Shown in pieces: positions 59,346 to 64,000 of a stretch of 64,000 nucleotides of DNA (its first letter is position 1; the number at the start of each line of letters is the position of its first letter). The translations under genes and the position numbers were made by a program. Origin of the DNA: Terriglobia bacterium (GTDB lineage Bacteria > Acidobacteriota > Terriglobia > Acidiferrales > UBA7541); the NCBI GenBank assembly GCA_963695545.1, contig OY968796.1:4032001-4096000 (forward strand). The letters run 5' to 3'. A model generated the notes under the pieces. It saw only the letters and a list, made by a program, of their open reading frames with translations, was not told the DNA's origin and did no database searches.

Positions 59346-62300
59346 GGCGTCCGCCGCAAATCGAGCGTCAGCGGGAACGCGGGATTGCGCTCTTCGCTTG
59401 GGATCGCAATCACTCCGGGCGTGTGCCCGATATCGCTGAATCGCGCCAGGCGCCGGCTCTCCGCCTCGAATGCGTTAACGGGAAAATGCTCGTGCGCGAG
59501 CCCGCCTGGATGCGTAACGTGATACGTGCAACCCCCGATCGAACGCCCGGACCATGTGTCCACGATATCAAACACCAATGGCGAGTGCACCGGGATGTTC
59601 GGATGCAGGCACGATGCCGGCTGCCAAGCGCGATAGCGCACGCCCGCCACGAATTCACCCTCTTCGCCCGTCGAGTGCAGCGGCACCGCGCGGCCATTGC
59701 ACAAGACCGATGAAACGCGAATCGATCATGCCCGACACTTTCACCTGCAATCGCTCGACCGACGAATCCACGTTGCGCACGGTCTGGCCGCCGGAAGCTT
59801 CTTCCCCCAGCACGTGCCACGGCTCCAGCGCGTGCCGCAACTCCAGGCGTATGCCGCGCTTGGTGACCGAACCGATCAATGGGAAATCGAAACTCGAAGT
59901 GCGGCGCGAACCATTCCTTCTGAAATGCGAATCCCGCTTCGCGCAGATCCGCGATCACATCTTCCCAATCGAGCTGGACGAAATAAGGCAGCATGAAGCG
60001 GTCGTGCAGCGTAGTTCCCCACCACACGAGTTTGCGGCGGTATGGAGTCTGCCAGAAATGCGCGATCAGCGCGCGCACCAGCAGTTGCTGCGTCAGACTC
60101 ATGCGCGCGTGCGGCGGCATCTCGAATGCCCGCAATTCCACCAGACCCAGCCGCGATTCGGCGGCGTCGGGCGGATAGAGCTTATCGATGCAGAATTCGG
60201 CGCGATGCGTGTTGCCGGATACGTCGGTAAGAAGATGCCGGAACACCCGATCGCCCTGCCATGGCAAGACACCTTGCGGAACCTGTGTCCGAAATCTGAT
60301 CGAACGCAATTTCCAGTTCGTAAATCGCATCCGTGCGCGCTTCATCCACGCGCGGATGCTGGCTGGTAGGCCCGATAAACAAGCCCGAAAACAGATACGA
60401 CAGCGACGGATGGTTGTGCCAATAACCGATCAAGCTTCGCAGCACATCGGGACGCCGCAAGAAAGTGCTGTCCGCCGGAGTCGCGCCGCCGATCACGATG
60501 TGATTGCCGCCGCCCGTGCCGGAGTGCTGGCCATCCAGCATGAATTTTTCCGTGCCCAGGCGAGTTTCGCGCGCAAGCGCGTAGATCGTCTCGGTCGTTC
60601 CGACCAGCTCGTCCCAAGATTCCGCCGGATGAATGTTCACTTCGATCACGCCTGGGTCCGGCGTAACCTTCAGCACTCGAATTCGCGGATCGTAAGGCAA
60701 GGCGTAGCCTTCGAGCATCACCGGCATATTCAGATACGCGGCCGTGTCTTCGATCGCGGCCACCAGATCGAGATAATCAGCCACATACTCCACCGGCGGC
60801 ATGAAGACGAATAGCTTTCCTTCGCGCGGCTCGAGGCACAGTGCGGGCCGCGCCACCCACGCTGCGGACTCGCCCTTCTCCGGCGGCTTCGCGCGCTCTG
60901 CTTCCGGCTGTCGATCGTCGGTCACGGCCGTCGCGGTGAAAAGTTCCGGCCTGCGCGCCGGCCGCGCGGGAAGCACGTCGCGTTTCGCAAATGGATCATG
61001 CTCGAAGGAATACAGAACATCTTCGGGCTTGGTCCAAGGAAGAGAATCGAGCGGCAAGCGGTACCCGATCGGCGAATCACCGGGAATCAGAAATATATGT
61101 TCAGACGCGAGAAACCACGGTTGGCTCGTCCAGCGCGGCCCACGTTGCTTCGTCGCGATCCGCCGCAGCGGAAGCACGTAGCCGGTCAATTTGCCCAAAC
61201 CTTTTTCGAAAATCCGCGCCACGCGTTTGCGCTCGATCGGATCTGCGAGTTTCGAATCGAGCGGATCCACATTTACGGGAAGCCGCCGCTCTTTCCACAG
61301 ATAGTAGAAACTATCTTCATACGCTTCCATCGCGGTCGCGGCATTCACTTCCAGGCGCCGCGCGAGCGCTTCGAGAAATTTCCGCGCGTCGTCGCTGGTG
61401 TAGCCGTAATCTTTGTCGTCCTCGGCGACGAGTTGCGGATTTTCCCAGATCGCCACTCCGTCCTTGCGCCAAAAACAGGAGAGCGCCCACCGCGGCAGCA
61501 GCTCGCCCGGATACCACTTGCCCTGCCCGTAATGCAGAAGCGCCCCATGGCGCGAAATGATCGCGCAATTTATTCAGTAGCTCGACCGCGAGCTGCCGTT
61601 TTCGCGGCCCCATCGCCGCTCGCGTCCACTCTTCTCCATCGGCGTCGTCGAGAGAAACGAACGTCGGCTCCCCGCCCATGGTCAGCCGAACATCTTCAGC
61701 GCGCAGCTTGCGATCCACTTCATGCCCGAGCGCCTCGATTTCTTTCCACTGCTCCTCGCTGTACGGCTTGGTCACGCGAGGCGATTCGTAAATTCGCTGA
61801 ACCGTCATCTCATGTTCAAATTCCGTGTTGCACGGATCGAGCATGCCGGTGATCGGCGCGGCGCTGCGTTGCGTCCGGCGTGCAGGCCAGCGGAATGTGC
61901 CCCTCGCCGGCAAGCAGCCCCGAAGTTGGATCGAATCCGATCCAGCCCGCGCCGGGCAAATACACTTCCGCCCATGCGTGCAAATCTGTGAAGTCGGCAG
62001 CGGGCCCGGCTGGCCCCTCGATCGGCTTCACGTCTGCCTGCAGTTGAATCAAGTAGCCGGAGACAAAACGCGCCGCGAGCCCCATGTGGCGCATGGTCTC
62101 CACCAGCAGCCACGCGGAATCGCGGCACGAGCCGGTTCGCAGCCCCAATGTTTCTTCGCACGTCTGCACGCCCGGCTCCATGCGGATCACGTAGCCGACT
62201 CCATCTTTCACGCGCTGATTGAGGCCGACGAGAAAATCGATGGTCCGAATTTTTGCGCGCGGCACTCGAGCAAGAAATTCCGTTAACTTCGGTCCCGCGG

Positions 62301-62665
62301 GCTCGGTCTCAAGATACGGCCGCAGTTCGCGCGCCAACGTCGCTTCGTAGCAAAACGGAGACTCCTCCGCGTACGGTTCCAGGAAAAAATCGAACGGGTT
62401 GAACACGCCCATTTCCGCGACCAGATCGACCTGCACGAACAATTCCGTGGTCGGCTCCGGAAACACCAGCCGCGCCAGATAATTGCTTTCCGGATCCTGC
62501 TGCCAATTGATGAAGTGTTTCGCGGGACGAACCTTCGAGCGAATACGCAAGAATCGGTGTGCGGCAGTGCGGCGCAGGACGCAGCCGTATCACCTGCGGT
62601 CCGAGCGAAACTCGGCGATCGTAGCGATAGTGCGTCTTATGCGTGAGCGCGACGTTGATGGCCAT
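59342..62665 (-). CDS. Transglutaminase + DUF2126 (putative amidoligase-like) protein (at least 6 frameshifts)
   Basis: [72 protein letters not shown] and [10 protein letters not shown], spread over 7 ORF pieces. Confidence 0.85.
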
Positions 62666-62710
62666 AAATGATCGAGCGGACTTCGAGCCGAGTTTCGCGA
62701 AATAAAAAGT

Positions 62711-63538
62711 CTATTGCGCCGCTGCCGATTCCCCGCCGACGACTTCATCGGTTACCACCGTAAACTTTTTGAGCCAGCTCGTCCCGAACGACGTCGTGAT
62801 CGCGACGTCCGCCGCATCGCGCCCCGTGGCCATCAGCACGCGTCCGATTCTCGGCATGTTGTTGCGCGCATCGAATGTCCACCAGCGGCCGTCGAGGTAA
62901 GCTTCAAACCACGCGCTGAAATCCATCGGCCCCGCGGGCGGGATCCCGATGTCGCCCAGGTATCCGGTGGCGTAACGCGCGGGAATATTTAAGCAACGGC
63001 AAAACGTGATAGCCAGATGCTGAAAATCGCGGCACACGCCGCGGCGATCCGCGTAAAGATCCAACGCCGTCTTCGTCGGGCTGGCGAATTCATAGCCGAA
63101 CGTAATATTCGCCTGCACCCAATCGCACACCGCTTGCACGCGCGGCCAGCCGAATGGCGTGCTCCCGAATAAGAATCCGGCGGTGTCCAGCAGGCGATCC
63201 ACTTCGCAATATCGAGAGGCCAGCAGAAACCGCAGCACGTCCGACGGCAAATCCTCCACCAACGCCTGGGATGCTTCTGGGTTCACAGCATCGGGCTCAC
63301 CCGAATCTTCGATCAAGGTTGAGTGGTCGATCCGAAAGCTTCCGGCAGGCGCCACGAAACGCGTGCACACATTCCCAAAAGAATCTTCATATTCGGTGAT
63401 CGGCACGTTCGGCGTGAGCCGCACCGCGTCGGATTCCCGCAAATCCGCGCGCCGCGAAGGATGCACGTGGTACAGAGCGATCATCGCAACCGGCGCAGGA
63501 ATCTCAAACTGAATATCGAAGCCCAAACGGATCAGCAA
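62711..63538 (-). CDS. Transglutaminase-family protein (intact)
   Basis: SRYCE, GVCRDFQH, PARYATGYLGD, DFSAW, FDAR and GRDAAD. Confidence 0.92.
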   Translation of the reverse strand: MLIRLGFDIQFEIPAPVAMIALYHVHPSRRADLRESDAVRLTPNVPITEYEDSFGNVCTRFVAPAGSFRIDHSTLIEDSGEPDAVNPEASQALVEDLPSDVLRFLLASRYCEVDRLLDTAGFLFGSTPFGWPRVQAVCDWVQANITFGYEFASPTKTALDLYADRRGVCRDFQHLAITFCRCLNIPARYATGYLGDIGIPPAGPMDFSAWFEAYLDGRWWTFDARNNMPRIGRVLMATGRDAADVAITTSFGTSWLKKFTVVTDEVVGGESAAAQ

Positions 63539-63754
63539 AGCGCGTCCTCACAATCCATTATGCGCGTATTTATCCTGAACTATTGATTTTGAGGCAGGAA
63601 TGCCTCGCGCCGCACTCAGAAAAGCTATCGAAGAGATTGACAATTTCGATGATAGGGACGACCAGCGTGGGTCAGGACTGCAGCGTGCCTGCGAGAGCGA
63701 GAGAATTTGGCTCTCCAGGCCACATTCCAAAAAATTTTGCCCTTTGTCCGCGGT

Positions 63755-64000
63755 TCAACCGGCGATCATCAGCGTTTCCGCAAACGGCCATTCCTTGTCC
63801 ACCCACTGCGTCTCGGCGCGAAAACCGGAACTCTCGCCCAATTGAACGATTTCTTCGACCGTGTATTTGTGAGAACTCTCTGTCCAGATCGTCTCGCCGC
63901 TGCTGAAGGCCACGGTGCAGCCCGCGCCTGGAATGGAAACTTCCTGCCCGCGCCGCGAAACCAGATGCATCTCAACGCGCCGTTCGATCTCGTCGAAGCG
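63755..64000 (-). CDS. egtD: L-histidine N-alpha-methyltransferase, C-terminal part (5' end off the window)
   Basis: RRVEMHLVS...GETIWTESSHKYT...W.D, the characteristic Methyltransf_33/EgtD C-terminus. Confidence 0.8.
   Translation of the reverse strand, partial: RFDEIERRVEMHLVSRRGQEVSIPGAGCTVAFSSGETIWTESSHKYTVEEIVQLGESSGFRAETQWVDKEWPFAETLMIAG

Noticed and set aside
55842..62665. Programmed ribosomal frameshifting
   Set aside because: Too many shifts, no consistent slippery motifs, and some shifts compensate each other.

Overview
GC-rich bacterial window. The tmRNA tag ANTELALAA, the Oar-like TonB receptor, the CRTAC1/ASPIC proteins and the kinase-TolB fusion suggest Acidobacteriota (inference). 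1-11.6 kb is core-like: partial GspE/PilB ATPase, a 6S-like structured RNA candidate, csoR-copA with a perfect CsoR operator, a PLP aminotransferase and a TPR lytic transglycosylase. About 11.7-53.8 kb is a large arabinan/arabinose utilisation locus: LacI regulator, galM, FucI/AraA-family isomerase, araB, three GH127/146 enzymes, two GH43, GH51, GH5-like, GH31, GH115, an atypical PFK, a PhyH dioxygenase and a TonB-dependent receptor. It has no SusD-like gene but carries TPR, FG-GAP/ASPIC-UnbV and 9-heme cytochrome genes. A palindromic operator (GYAAACGTTTAC-like) recurs in 7 intergenic regions, three times at the same distance from a sigma70 -10 element. A promoter-linked array of three 39-bp repeats sits at 33.7 kb. 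The right end has gene remnants, ssrA, a heavily frameshifted transglutaminase/ATP-grasp/alpha-E operon (probably assembly indels) and the 3' end of egtD. No CRISPR array, integrase or transposase was seen. All protein calls come from motif recognition, without database searches.
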